This document shows, one piece after another, positions 17,780 through 24,147 of a stretch of 25,017 bases of DNA. The DNA comes from a virus (Duplodnaviria; Caudoviricetes). The translations under genes and the position numbers were made by a program. Each line of letters begins with the position of its first letter. Position 1 is the stretch's first letter. The notes under the pieces are model-generated. The model was not told the origin of the DNA. It saw only the letters and a program-made list of their open reading frames with translations, and made no database searches. Location of the stretch: the IMG/VR virus record IMGVR_UViG_3300008448_000586, positions 1-25,017 of that record; one strand, written 5' to 3'.

Positions 17780-18784
17780 TCAAGCGACGAGCGCAGCAGC
17801 CGCCTCGTATGCGGCCTTGTTGAGATCTCCGGCGGTGCCGAAGAGCACACTGTCCAACCTACGCGAAGCGTCCTGCTTCTCGTTGCGCACCGTGCGCTCG
17901 TGGTTGGCGTCCTGCGTGACCGCGTTGAGCGCCGCCCAGACCGAGCCGCTCGTGCTCACGCCGGTCTGGCGCTTGTCGTCGCGGAAGTTCGCCAGCCACT
18001 GGGACACCTCACCGGCGTACTTCTGGGCACGGCGGCTCTTGGGGTTCTTGATGTCCTCGTCGGTCAGGCGACCGTTCGCACGCTGCCACACACTCGTGAA
18101 GAACGCCTGCAACTGCGCCTCAGTGATGCCCTGTTCGGCCATGCGGATGGCCGTCGCGCCGTACGCCTTGATCGACGCGGTCGGACCGGCCAGCCACTCG
18201 CGCACCTTCGCCAGACGCTGCTCTGCGCTGGCCGTGTGCTTGATCTTCACGCAATCGCCGTTCATCTCGCGCATCGCGATGGCGTGCGTGTTCGCGCAGA
18301 CGACGCGGGTCGCGATCGCCCCGATGGTCAGGCTCATGCTCAGGTCGTGCCCGCCGCCGATGAACAGATAGGGCTTGATCTTGTCGTCCGCAGCCGCGTA
18401 GATCGTGCCCATGTCCACGAGGAACCACACCTTGCGGCCACCGCGCAGAGACCCGGCGGTCTCGACTGCGCGATCGCTGAAGTTGCTGATCTCGTACGCC
18501 AGATCCGCGATCTCGGCATTCTGGATCGGCTGGTAGCCGTCCTTGCACGCCGCGAACGCCTCGCCGGTGTCGCTGCGGACCACCAGCCGGTTGTCGCCGC
18601 CGTCCACCGTGCGGCCATCGGTCAGGGTCGCGGTGACCGGGGCCACCTCGACCGTCCACTCCAGCCGCGCCGTCTTCAGCGCGGTGATCGCGTCGGTGCG
18701 GGTCGGGAGCACGGTGCCGAGACCGTGCCAAGCCTTGGTTCCGGCGAGCATGAGGTGGTCAGTGGCTTCGATGTGATGTGCCAT
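17780..18784 (-). CDS. DUF932 family phage/plasmid protein, 334 aa
   Basis: AWHGLG..ARLEWTV..RSDTG..YQPIQN..ETAGSLRGGRKVW..HD.S..RVVCANT..KHT..WAALNAVT. ATG 18784 follows the conserved leader. Confidence 0.88.
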   Translation of the reverse strand: MAHHIEATDHLMLAGTKAWHGLGTVLPTRTDAITALKTARLEWTVEVAPVTATLTDGRTVDGGDNRLVVRSDTGEAFAACKDGYQPIQNAEIADLAYEISNFSDRAVETAGSLRGGRKVWFLVDMGTIYAAADDKIKPYLFIGGGHDLSMSLTIGAIATRVVCANTHAIAMREMNGDCVKIKHTASAEQRLAKVREWLAGPTASIKAYGATAIRMAEQGITEAQLQAFFTSVWQRANGRLTDEDIKNPKSRRAQKYAGEVSQWLANFRDDKRQTGVSTSGSVWAALNAVTQDANHERTVRNEKQDASRRLDSVLFGTAGDLNKAAYEAAAALVA

Positions 18785-18791
18785 GTGAGTG

Positions 18792-18854
18792 TCTCCAATT
18801 TCTGGCCCTGAGGGCCGGGGTTGAGTGAGGTCGAGACTCGACGGTGAGCCTCGA
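18792..18854 (-). promoter_or_regulatory. Conserved early-gene leader, copy C
   Basis: Sense strand: TCGAGGCTC-ACCGTC-GAGTCTCGA CCTCACTCAACCCC GGCCC-TCA-GGGCC AGAAATTGGAGA. Confidence 0.82.
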
Positions 18855-18857
18855 TGC

Positions 18858-18889
18858 TGTACGGTACACCATGTATCGTACAGAGTCAA
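18858..18889 (-). promoter_or_regulatory. Sigma70-like early promoter with two TGTA-N3-TACA operators
   Basis: TTGACT(18889-84)-17 bp-TACCGT(18866-61). Palindromes TGTACGGTACA 18858-68 and TGTATCGTACA 18872-82. Confidence 0.75.
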
Positions 18890-18918
18890 GAACTATCTGG
18901 ACAATTTCCAGACGGATT

Positions 18919-18952
18919 CTTGGGAGGCCACCCCTAAGGGTGGCGACCCAAG
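18919..18952 (-). terminator. GC-rich stem-loop, possible terminator or processing stem
   Basis: CTTGGG-AG-GCCACCC-CTAA-GGGTGGC-GA-CCCAAG, 10 nt after the stop at 18963. No U-tract. Confidence 0.45.
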
Positions 18953-18962
18953 CCCCCGCCGG

Positions 18963-19346
18963 TCAGGCAGGCTGGGACTGCACTCCGAAACGGTGGTAGC
19001 ACAGGCGCTTCAGGACATCGCGCAAGGTGCGGGTGTTCTCGTCGATCCGCTGCTTCAGGTGCTTGATCTGATCATGCAGCCAGAGTTCCGATTCGCGCTC
19101 CGCATCGTGCATGAGCGCCATAGCCGCCTTCGCGTGCGTCAGGCTCACTGCGGCGTTGCGGAAGGTGGGGTACAGGTCGTCGTCCACCTGCGATCGGTCT
19201 TCCCCGACCATCAGGTCGAAGGTGCTGCCCACGAACATGAGCACGGTGGACTGGCGATCTTCCTTGCTGGGGATGAGAGCGATGTTCTCGATGATGCAGA
19301 TGATCTGCTCGATGCGGGCGAGGTTGTAGTTCTGGGGCAGTGACAT
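18963..19346 (-). CDS. Hypothetical early protein, 127 aa
   Basis: ATG 19346 (MSLPQNY...) follows the conserved leader. Confidence 0.75.
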   Translation of the reverse strand: MSLPQNYNLARIEQIICIIENIALIPSKEDRQSTVLMFVGSTFDLMVGEDRSQVDDDLYPTFRNAAVSLTHAKAAMALMHDAERESELWLHDQIKHLKQRIDENTRTLRDVLKRLCYHRFGVQSQPA

Positions 19347-19351
19347 GGGTG

Positions 19352-19407
19352 TCTCCAATTCTGGGCCGGTGGCCCTTGGGTTGAGTGTCATCCTGCGACG
19401 GTGCAGG
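19352..19407 (-). promoter_or_regulatory. Conserved early-gene leader, copy D
   Basis: Sense strand: CCTGC-ACCGTC-GCAGG ATGACACTCAACCCAA GGGCC-ACC-GGCCC AGAATTGGAGA. Confidence 0.82.
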
Positions 19408-19449
19408 GGATCGGGGCGCGACTGCCGTGCGCCCGTCACCCTTGAATCG

Positions 19450-19827
19450 TCAGGCAGCGGCCACCTTGGGCTTGCTGTACCGCACTGCGGCCAGCGCGTC
19501 ACGCTCGATCTGCTTCGCGATGCCGGAGAGCCACTTGGTGCGGGTCTGGGCTGGGAAGACATTCGTCTCCAGACCCATGTGGGCCTCCAGCACCTCGCGG
19601 GTGAGCGCCTCGGACATCTCCGGCTGCTCGTCGAGCCGGTTGAGCACGGCGAGGCGGAACTGCCACTCGTCGATGTTCTTCGGGGTGATCGTGCCCATGC
19701 CGACCGCCATCGTCAGCCAGATCAGGTTGTGGGTGGTTCCGCGCAGTTCATCCACCCCGGGTTCAACTTCGCGCAGGCAGACGGTGCGGTAGTCAGCGAT
19801 CTTCGACAGGTTCCAGTTCAGGCTCAT
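19450..19827 (-). CDS. Hypothetical early protein, 125 aa
   Basis: MSLNWNLSKI..LIWLTMAVGMGTITPKNIDEW..R..HMGLETNV. Follows the conserved leader and a promoter. Confidence 0.8.
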   Translation of the reverse strand: MSLNWNLSKIADYRTVCLREVEPGVDELRGTTHNLIWLTMAVGMGTITPKNIDEWQFRLAVLNRLDEQPEMSEALTREVLEAHMGLETNVFPAQTRTKWLSGIAKQIERDALAAVRYSKPKVAAA

Positions 19828-19833
19828 GTGAGT

Positions 19834-19870
19834 TCTCCAATTCTGCCCCTGTGGGGCTTCGGGTTGAGTG
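19834..19870 (-). promoter_or_regulatory. Conserved early-gene leader, copy E (starts directly at a promoter, no ACCGUC hairpin)
   Basis: Sense strand: CACTCAACCCGAA GCCCC-ACA-GGGGC AGAATTGGAGA. Confidence 0.8.
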
Positions 19871-19902
19871 TGTATTGTACAGAGTGATCAGTGAGTTGTC
19901 AA
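19871..19902 (-). promoter_or_regulatory. Near-consensus sigma70 promoter with one operator over the -10 box
   Basis: TTGACA(19902-897)-17 bp-TACAAT(19879-74). TGTATTGTACA at 19871-81. Confidence 0.85.
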
Positions 19903-19930
19903 GTACCTGATTCCTGAGTTGCTGCGTGGG

Positions 19931-20158
19931 TCAGTTCCACTCGATGATGTTGTTCACGATGCTGACGGTGTAGTCGCGACCGTCCTCGACGCGGCGCTGA
20001 TGAGCGACGCGGGCGGAGTCTTCGTGGTGGGTCTTCAGGATCACTTCCTCGTTGCCGTATGTGTCGCGGGCGACGACCCAGAACGGGGCGCGGTTCTTGA
20101 TCGTGCGGCACTGCACGGGCTTGCTGCGGCCACCCCAGATGATCGATGCGTTCTTCAT
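19931..20158 (-). CDS. Hypothetical early protein, 75 aa
   Basis: ATG 20158 lies 5 nt after the conserved leader. Confidence 0.72.
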   Translation of the reverse strand: MKNASIIWGGRSKPVQCRTIKNRAPFWVVARDTYGNEEVILKTHHEDSARVAHQRRVEDGRDYTVSIVNNIIEWN

Positions 20159-20163
20159 GGCTG

Positions 20164-20217
20164 TCTCCAATTTCTGCCCCTGTGGGGCTGTGTTGCGTTG
20201 TCCTGCGACGGTGCAGG
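20164..20217 (-). promoter_or_regulatory. Conserved early-gene leader, copy F
   Basis: Sense strand: CCTGC-ACCGTC-GCAGG ACAACGCAACACA GCCCC-ACA-GGGGC AGAAATTGGAGA. Confidence 0.82.
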
Positions 20218-20254
20218 CCGTCCCGCCCCCGGAGGGGCGGTGGGGCGCGATCCG

Positions 20255-20338
20255 TCAGGGACGCGAGGCTGCGTAGATGGCGAGGGGGATTCCGACGAAC
20301 ACGAGCAGGATCGCGATGGTGGTGATGGTGGGCATCAT
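20255..20338 (-). CDS. 27-aa single-pass membrane peptide (not in the ORF track)
   Basis: AGAAAGGA RBS, 7 nt, then MMPTITTIAILLVFVGIPLAIYAASRP*. Fills the gap between two early genes. Confidence 0.65.
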   Translation of the reverse strand: MMPTITTIAILLVFVGIPLAIYAASRP

Positions 20339-20356
20339 GGTGTGGTCCTTTCTGGT

Positions 20357-20728
20357 TCAGGAGATGCGGGTAGACACGATCGGTGCCTTGGCCTTGATTA
20401 GCGTGTTGCGAATGCCGTCCAAGGTCTCGTTGCCGTTGCGGCGGAACATGTTCAAGTCCTCAGCGTCCGCTGCGCAGCATTGTTCGGCAATGTGCTTGAG
20501 TGCCTCGATGTGGTACAGCAGGGACGCAGCCGTGGTTCCGGTGATGATCTCGAAAGCCTTGGCCCAGACGGTCGCCACCTTCATCTGGTTGATTTCATTC
20601 CAGATGTCGGATGAACCTCGAAGGGCACAATCCTCTGACCAGTTGTGGCTGATGTTGAACATGCGATACTCAAGGTTCTTCGACAGAATCTCAATCTGGC
20701 TGCTTGCGAACTGGTTCTTGGTCTTCAC
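20357..20728 (-). CDS. Hypothetical early protein, 123 aa (first gene of the leftward module)
   Basis: GTG 20728 lies 5 nt after the conserved leader. Confidence 0.72.
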   Translation of the reverse strand: MKTKNQFASSQIEILSKNLEYRMFNISHNWSEDCALRGSSDIWNEINQMKVATVWAKAFEIITGTTAASLLYHIEALKHIAEQCCAADAEDLNMFRRNGNETLDGIRNTLIKAKAPIVSTRIS

Positions 20729-20733
20729 TGGTG

Positions 20734-20790
20734 TCTCCAATTTCTGCTGGCCTTGCCAGCCCTTGTTGCGTTGCCAGCCACGCGGCTGAC
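20734..20790 (-). promoter_or_regulatory. Conserved early-gene leader, copy G
   Basis: Sense strand: GTCAGCC-GCGT-GGCTGGC AACGCAACAAGG GCTGGC-AAG-GCCAGC AGAAATTGGAGA. Confidence 0.78.
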
Positions 20791-20793
20791 ATG

Positions 20794-20824
20794 AGTACTG
20801 TACACCCTGTATCGTACTTGTCAA
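20794..20824 (-). promoter_or_regulatory. Sigma70-like early promoter with two operators
   Basis: TTGACA(20824-19)-16 bp-TACAGT(20802-797). AGTACTGTACA 20794-804 and TGTATCGTACT 20808-18. Confidence 0.78.
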
Positions 20825-20963
20825 ATCAATTACTTCAACAAACCAACCAGATTGTTGGCAATAAAGTCGCAAGTGCAGCATTTACCTATGTTTCTGGAGC
20901 CGAGAAATTTCTGAGCATGTGCCCAGATGACACCGGCCACAGGGTTCTGGTAGGGTTGAAACC

Positions 20964-21428
20964 ATGAGCGAAGCACAGCAGCCAGTGAAGCGTGGACGAG
21001 GCAGACCACGCAAGGAACAGGCACACGAAATTGCGGCATGTAAAGAGCGGTGGTTGCAGGAGTTCCGTGCTCATGGCTGGAACCGTGCTTGCGAGATCGT
21101 TGGCATCAGCACGCACACTCCCTCGTCGTGGCGCGGCAGCGACCCGGCCTTCCGCGCTGCGCACGATGCCCTGAACCCGCTCATCGCCGACGGGCTGGAG
21201 CGCATGATCGAAGAGGTGCTGACAGGCAAGCGCCAGATGGACAAGGTGCAGATGACCCTGCTGATCTTCCGGCTGAAGGCGCTGCGACCGGCCCTGTACC
21301 GCGAGCGGTGGAGTGTCGAGCACAGCGGCCCAGACGGCCAGCCCATCAAGGTCGAGACCAACGGCGACCAGCAGCGCGGCATGGATCTGCTCCAGCAGTG
21401 GGGCGGTCGGCTCGCTGGCAAGAACTGA
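20964..21428 (+). CDS. terS: Terminase small subunit
   Basis: AT-hook-like GRGRPRK, HTH (RACEIVGISTHTPSSWRGSDPAF), LLIFRLKALRPALYRE and EHSGPDGQPI. Directly upstream of TerL. Confidence 0.8.
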   Translation: MSEAQQPVKRGRGRPRKEQAHEIAACKERWLQEFRAHGWNRACEIVGISTHTPSSWRGSDPAFRAAHDALNPLIADGLERMIEEVLTGKRQMDKVQMTLLIFRLKALRPALYRERWSVEHSGPDGQPIKVETNGDQQRGMDLLQQWGGRLAGKN

Positions 21429-21454
21429 ACAACCCAGCAGCACCCCTCCCCCCT

Positions 21455-23194
21455 GTGACCAAGCAGCCCCGACCGGAAGCACGCTCGCTCGTCACGATGC
21501 GAGAGCGGGTGCTGCGGGCTACACCAGCCGAACAGGCCCACCTGCGTGCGGCGTTTGCAGCGTCATTCCCCGCATGGTGCGAGGCCACGGCGTGGACCTA
21601 CCGTGTCAAGAACATCGACCCAGAGACGGGGCGCGAGATCCCAGCAGCGCAGATGCATGTGCCCTTCACCCTGTGGCCCTGCCAAGTCGAGGCCAGCGAG
21701 GCCATCATCGACGCGATCAGCAAGGGCGAAGACTGCGTGATCCGCAAGAGCCGAGACATGGGTGCATCGTGGCTCCTCGTGGGAATCGCAGCGTGGGGCT
21801 GGCTCTTCCACGGCTGGCAGTCCCTGCTGGTCAGCCGCGTCGAAGACCTCGTGGACCGCACCGGCGACCCAGACACGCTCTTCTGGAAGGTGGACTACCT
21901 GCTCGCCTCCCAGCCGGAGTGGCTGCTACCGGCCACGCCCAAGGCGCTGGAGAAGGGCGGCGAACTGCGGCAGCACATGATGCTCCGGCACCCCACGAGT
22001 GGGGCGACCATCGCAGGCCAAGCCAGCACGGAGCACATCGGGCGCGGTGGTCGTCGCACGCTGGTGATCTTCGACGAGTTCGCTGCCCTCGACCATGCCG
22101 ACGCAGCGTGGCGCAGCGCAGCCGACTGCACCTCGTGCCGCATCGCCAACAGCACGCCCATCGGGGCAGGCACGGAGTACGCCCGCCTCGTCAGCACAGC
22201 CCGGACGCAGGGATCGCCCCGGCTGGTGGAACTGATGTACTGGCAGCACCCAGAGAAGGGCGCAGGCCAGCAGGACCGCGAAGACACGGACGGTGCCATC
22301 ACCGGCATGGCAGGGGCGCAGTACATCTGGACCCCGTGGTTGCAGGACCAGTTGAAGCGCCGCGACCGGATCGACCTGTGCCAGAATGTCTTCGCCGAGT
22401 CGATCGGCAGCGGGCAGGCGTTCTTCAGCAGCCACGCCGTCACCCAGCACCGGGAGGACCACGCCAAGCCTGCGGTGCGGTGCGAGTTCAGCCGGGGCAA
22501 GATGGTGCCCAGTCCCAGCGGCAGGTGGCGGGTATACCAGCAGCCGACACGGGCGGCGGAGTATGTCTGCTTCATGGACCCGGCGTACGGTACAGGCGCA
22601 GCCAACAGCGCCGTGTGCATCATGGACGCTGAGACCCGCACGGTGGTGGCCGAGTTCATCGACCCCAACATCGCCACCTACGACCTTGCCTTGGAGGTCG
22701 CCCAGATCCTGCGGCGCGTCTACAGGGGGCGGAGGGAGGCTCTGGTGGGGTGGGAGACCAACGGACCCGGCGCTGCCCTCCAGCACGACTTCGAGCGGGC
22801 CAACTACAAGACGATCTACCGGCAGCGTCAGACTGGCACCAAGCAGGAGGAGAAGACCATGCGGGTGGGCTGGACCAGCACCAAGCGCACCAAGCGGGTG
22901 TTGCTAGGTGGACTGGCGCGTGCACTGGCGCAGGGTGAAGTGGTCATCTCCAGCGCGGACTGCCTCGACGAGATGCTGGAGTACATCGTGCTGGACGACG
23001 GGAGCATCGAGGCTGGTTCAAGGCGAGACGATTCGAGCGGCGCACGAGAATCTCATGGCGACCGCGTCATAGCCACCGCTGGAGCACTTATGCTATGCGA
23101 CGAGGGTGTTGGTGAGCCAGCGTCGGCCCCCCTGTACGAAGAGAACACTCTTGGTGCTATCTTGAACCACGAGGAGATCATGCGTGGCGACTAA
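21455..23194 (+). CDS. terL: Terminase large subunit (start uncertain: GTG 21398, GTG 21455 or ATG 21497)
   Basis: LWPCQ adenine motif, Walker A KSRDMGASW, GRGGR..VIFDEFA Walker B, STPIG coupling motif, nuclease motifs FMDPAYGTG, WETNGPG and HGDRVIA. Confidence 0.92.
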   Translation: MTKQPRPEARSLVTMRERVLRATPAEQAHLRAAFAASFPAWCEATAWTYRVKNIDPETGREIPAAQMHVPFTLWPCQVEASEAIIDAISKGEDCVIRKSRDMGASWLLVGIAAWGWLFHGWQSLLVSRVEDLVDRTGDPDTLFWKVDYLLASQPEWLLPATPKALEKGGELRQHMMLRHPTSGATIAGQASTEHIGRGGRRTLVIFDEFAALDHADAAWRSAADCTSCRIANSTPIGAGTEYARLVSTARTQGSPRLVELMYWQHPEKGAGQQDREDTDGAITGMAGAQYIWTPWLQDQLKRRDRIDLCQNVFAESIGSGQAFFSSHAVTQHREDHAKPAVRCEFSRGKMVPSPSGRWRVYQQPTRAAEYVCFMDPAYGTGAANSAVCIMDAETRTVVAEFIDPNIATYDLALEVAQILRRVYRGRREALVGWETNGPGAALQHDFERANYKTIYRQRQTGTKQEEKTMRVGWTSTKRTKRVLLGGLARALAQGEVVISSADCLDEMLEYIVLDDGSIEAGSRRDDSSGARESHGDRVIATAGALMLCDEGVGEPASAPLYEENTLGAILNHEEIMRGD

Positions 23195-23423
23195 GAGAAA
23201 GCGTGGCCCCAGTCTTTCGGTGGGCCGTGGAGAGAAACTGTCGGTGAAGGCGGGCGGTGGGCTGACGGCGAAGGGTCGGGCCAAGTACAACCGGGCAACC
23301 GGGTCGAACCTCAAGGCACCGACGAAGGACAAGAACAACCCGCGCCACAAGTCGTTCTGTTCGCGAAGCAAGTCATGGAGTGGTCCGCGAGGCAAGGCCG
23401 CACGCAAAAGGTGGGGATGCTGA
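23184..23423 (+). CDS. Small basic phage protein (resembles DUF6321), 79 aa
   Basis: GGLTAKGRAKYNRATGSNLKAP..KSFCSR..AARKRWGC. GAGGAG RBS, overlaps the TerL stop. Confidence 0.75.
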   Translation: MATKRKRGPSLSVGRGEKLSVKAGGGLTAKGRAKYNRATGSNLKAPTKDKNNPRHKSFCSRSKSWSGPRGKAARKRWGC

Positions 23424-23424
23424 T

Positions 23425-23553
23425 ATGAAGAACTCTCTGGTTGGCAACATCAATCGTCGCAAGAAGTTGGGTATCAGCCGTCCCAAGTCGAAGTCCACGG
23501 TGAGCAAGAAGTCTTATGCCGCAATGAAGCGCGGCTGGAAGAAGAGCAAGTAA
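23425..23553 (+). CDS. Lys-rich peptide, 42 aa
   Basis: MKNSLVGNINRRKKLGISRPKSKSTVSKKSYAAMKRGWKKSK*. Starts 1 nt after the previous stop. Confidence 0.7.
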   Translation: MKNSLVGNINRRKKLGISRPKSKSTVSKKSYAAMKRGWKKSK

Positions 23554-23663
23554 TGCCGAAGGTAGGAAAGAAGAAGTTCCCGTACACGAAGAAGGGCAAG
23601 GCTGCTGCCAAGTCCTACGCAAAGAAGACTGGCAAGAAGATGTCCAAGAGGATGGGCTACTGA
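23553..23663 (+). CDS. Lys-rich peptide, 36 aa
   Basis: MPKVGKKKFPYTKKGKAAAKSYAKKTGKKMSKRMGY*. TAATG coupling. Confidence 0.75.
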   Translation: MPKVGKKKFPYTKKGKAAAKSYAKKTGKKMSKRMGY

Positions 23664-23797
23664 TGCCATTCAAGAGCAAGGCACAGCAGGGCTTTATGTT
23701 CGCCACCATGCCGAAGACGGCAAAGAAGATGGCGAAGAAGACGAAGAACATGAAGCGTCTCCCGGCGCGAGTCAAGAAGAAGGGAGGTCGCAAGTGA
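23663..23797 (+). CDS. Lys-rich peptide, 44 aa
   Basis: MPFKSKAQQGFMFATMPKTAKKMAKKTKNMKRLPARVKKKGGRK*. TGATG coupling. Confidence 0.75.
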   Translation: MPFKSKAQQGFMFATMPKTAKKMAKKTKNMKRLPARVKKKGGRK

Positions 23798-23832
23798 AGA
23801 AGGGCAAGAAGAAGGGCGGCAAGAAGTGCTGA
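23794..23832 (+). CDS. 12-aa Lys/Gly micro-peptide MKKGKKKGGKKC
   Basis: GGAGGT RBS at 23783-88 and GTGA overlap with the upstream stop. Confidence 0.5.
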   Translation: MKKGKKKGGKKC

Positions 23833-24029
23833 TCCGCTGCAACGGCGACATCCTGATCCCACTGTCCCGCATTTCCAAGTGCGAGGACAAGGGGTCTGAG
23901 GTGTTGATCTGGGCGGATGGCTGTTCGTACCACGCCACCGGCGAGAATGCAAAGGTCGTGCAGGCGATGGTTGGGAAGATCCAGAAGACAGGAAAGAAGG
24001 CAACCAATGAAGGCCAAGAAGGCAAGTAA
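23826..24029 (+). CDS. Hypothetical protein, 67 aa
   Basis: GTG start overlapping the micro-peptide stop. Fits the operon. Confidence 0.6.
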   Translation: MLIRCNGDILIPLSRISKCEDKGSEVLIWADGCSYHATGENAKVVQAMVGKIQKTGKKATNEGQEGK

Positions 24030-24144
24030 GAAGGGCGGTTCTGCAAAGAGTCGTCGCGGCATCCACAACCATGACAGGGGTGCAAAGGGTGGAGGCAAGG
24101 GCGGCGGAATGGGTGGTGGAATGGGTGGCGGCTACAGGCGCTGA
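24007..24144 (+). CDS. Lys/Gly-rich peptide, 45 aa
   Basis: MKAKKASKKGGSAKSRRGIHNHDRGAKGGGKGGGMGGGMGGGYRR*. AAGAAGG RBS, ends 3 nt before the portal ATG. Confidence 0.6.
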   Translation: MKAKKASKKGGSAKSRRGIHNHDRGAKGGGKGGGMGGGMGGGYRR

Positions 24145-24147
24145 ACC

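Noticed and set aside
17661-20789. Long plus-strand ORFs over the early region (17900..18811, 17661..18371, 18825..19343, 19345..19887, 20277..20789)
   Set aside because: Antisense to genes that have clear leaders, promoters and (for DUF932) family motifs.
17399-20790. Repeated intergenic elements as CRISPR repeats or integron attC sites
   Set aside because: They are separated by whole genes, are tied to RBS and start codons, lack RYYYAAC/GTTRRRY ends, and no integrase is in the window.
10270-20881. Longest-ORF starts in the track (10270, 11078, 12198, 13040, 17032, 18889, 19562, 20881)
   Set aside because: These extensions run through terminators, promoters, leaders or neighbouring genes. 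Downstream starts have proper RBS or stop-start coupling.
24085-24132. GGCGGAATGGGTGGTGGAATGGGTGGCGGC repeat as a DNA element
   Set aside because: Explained by the GGGM/GGGK repeats of the encoded peptide.
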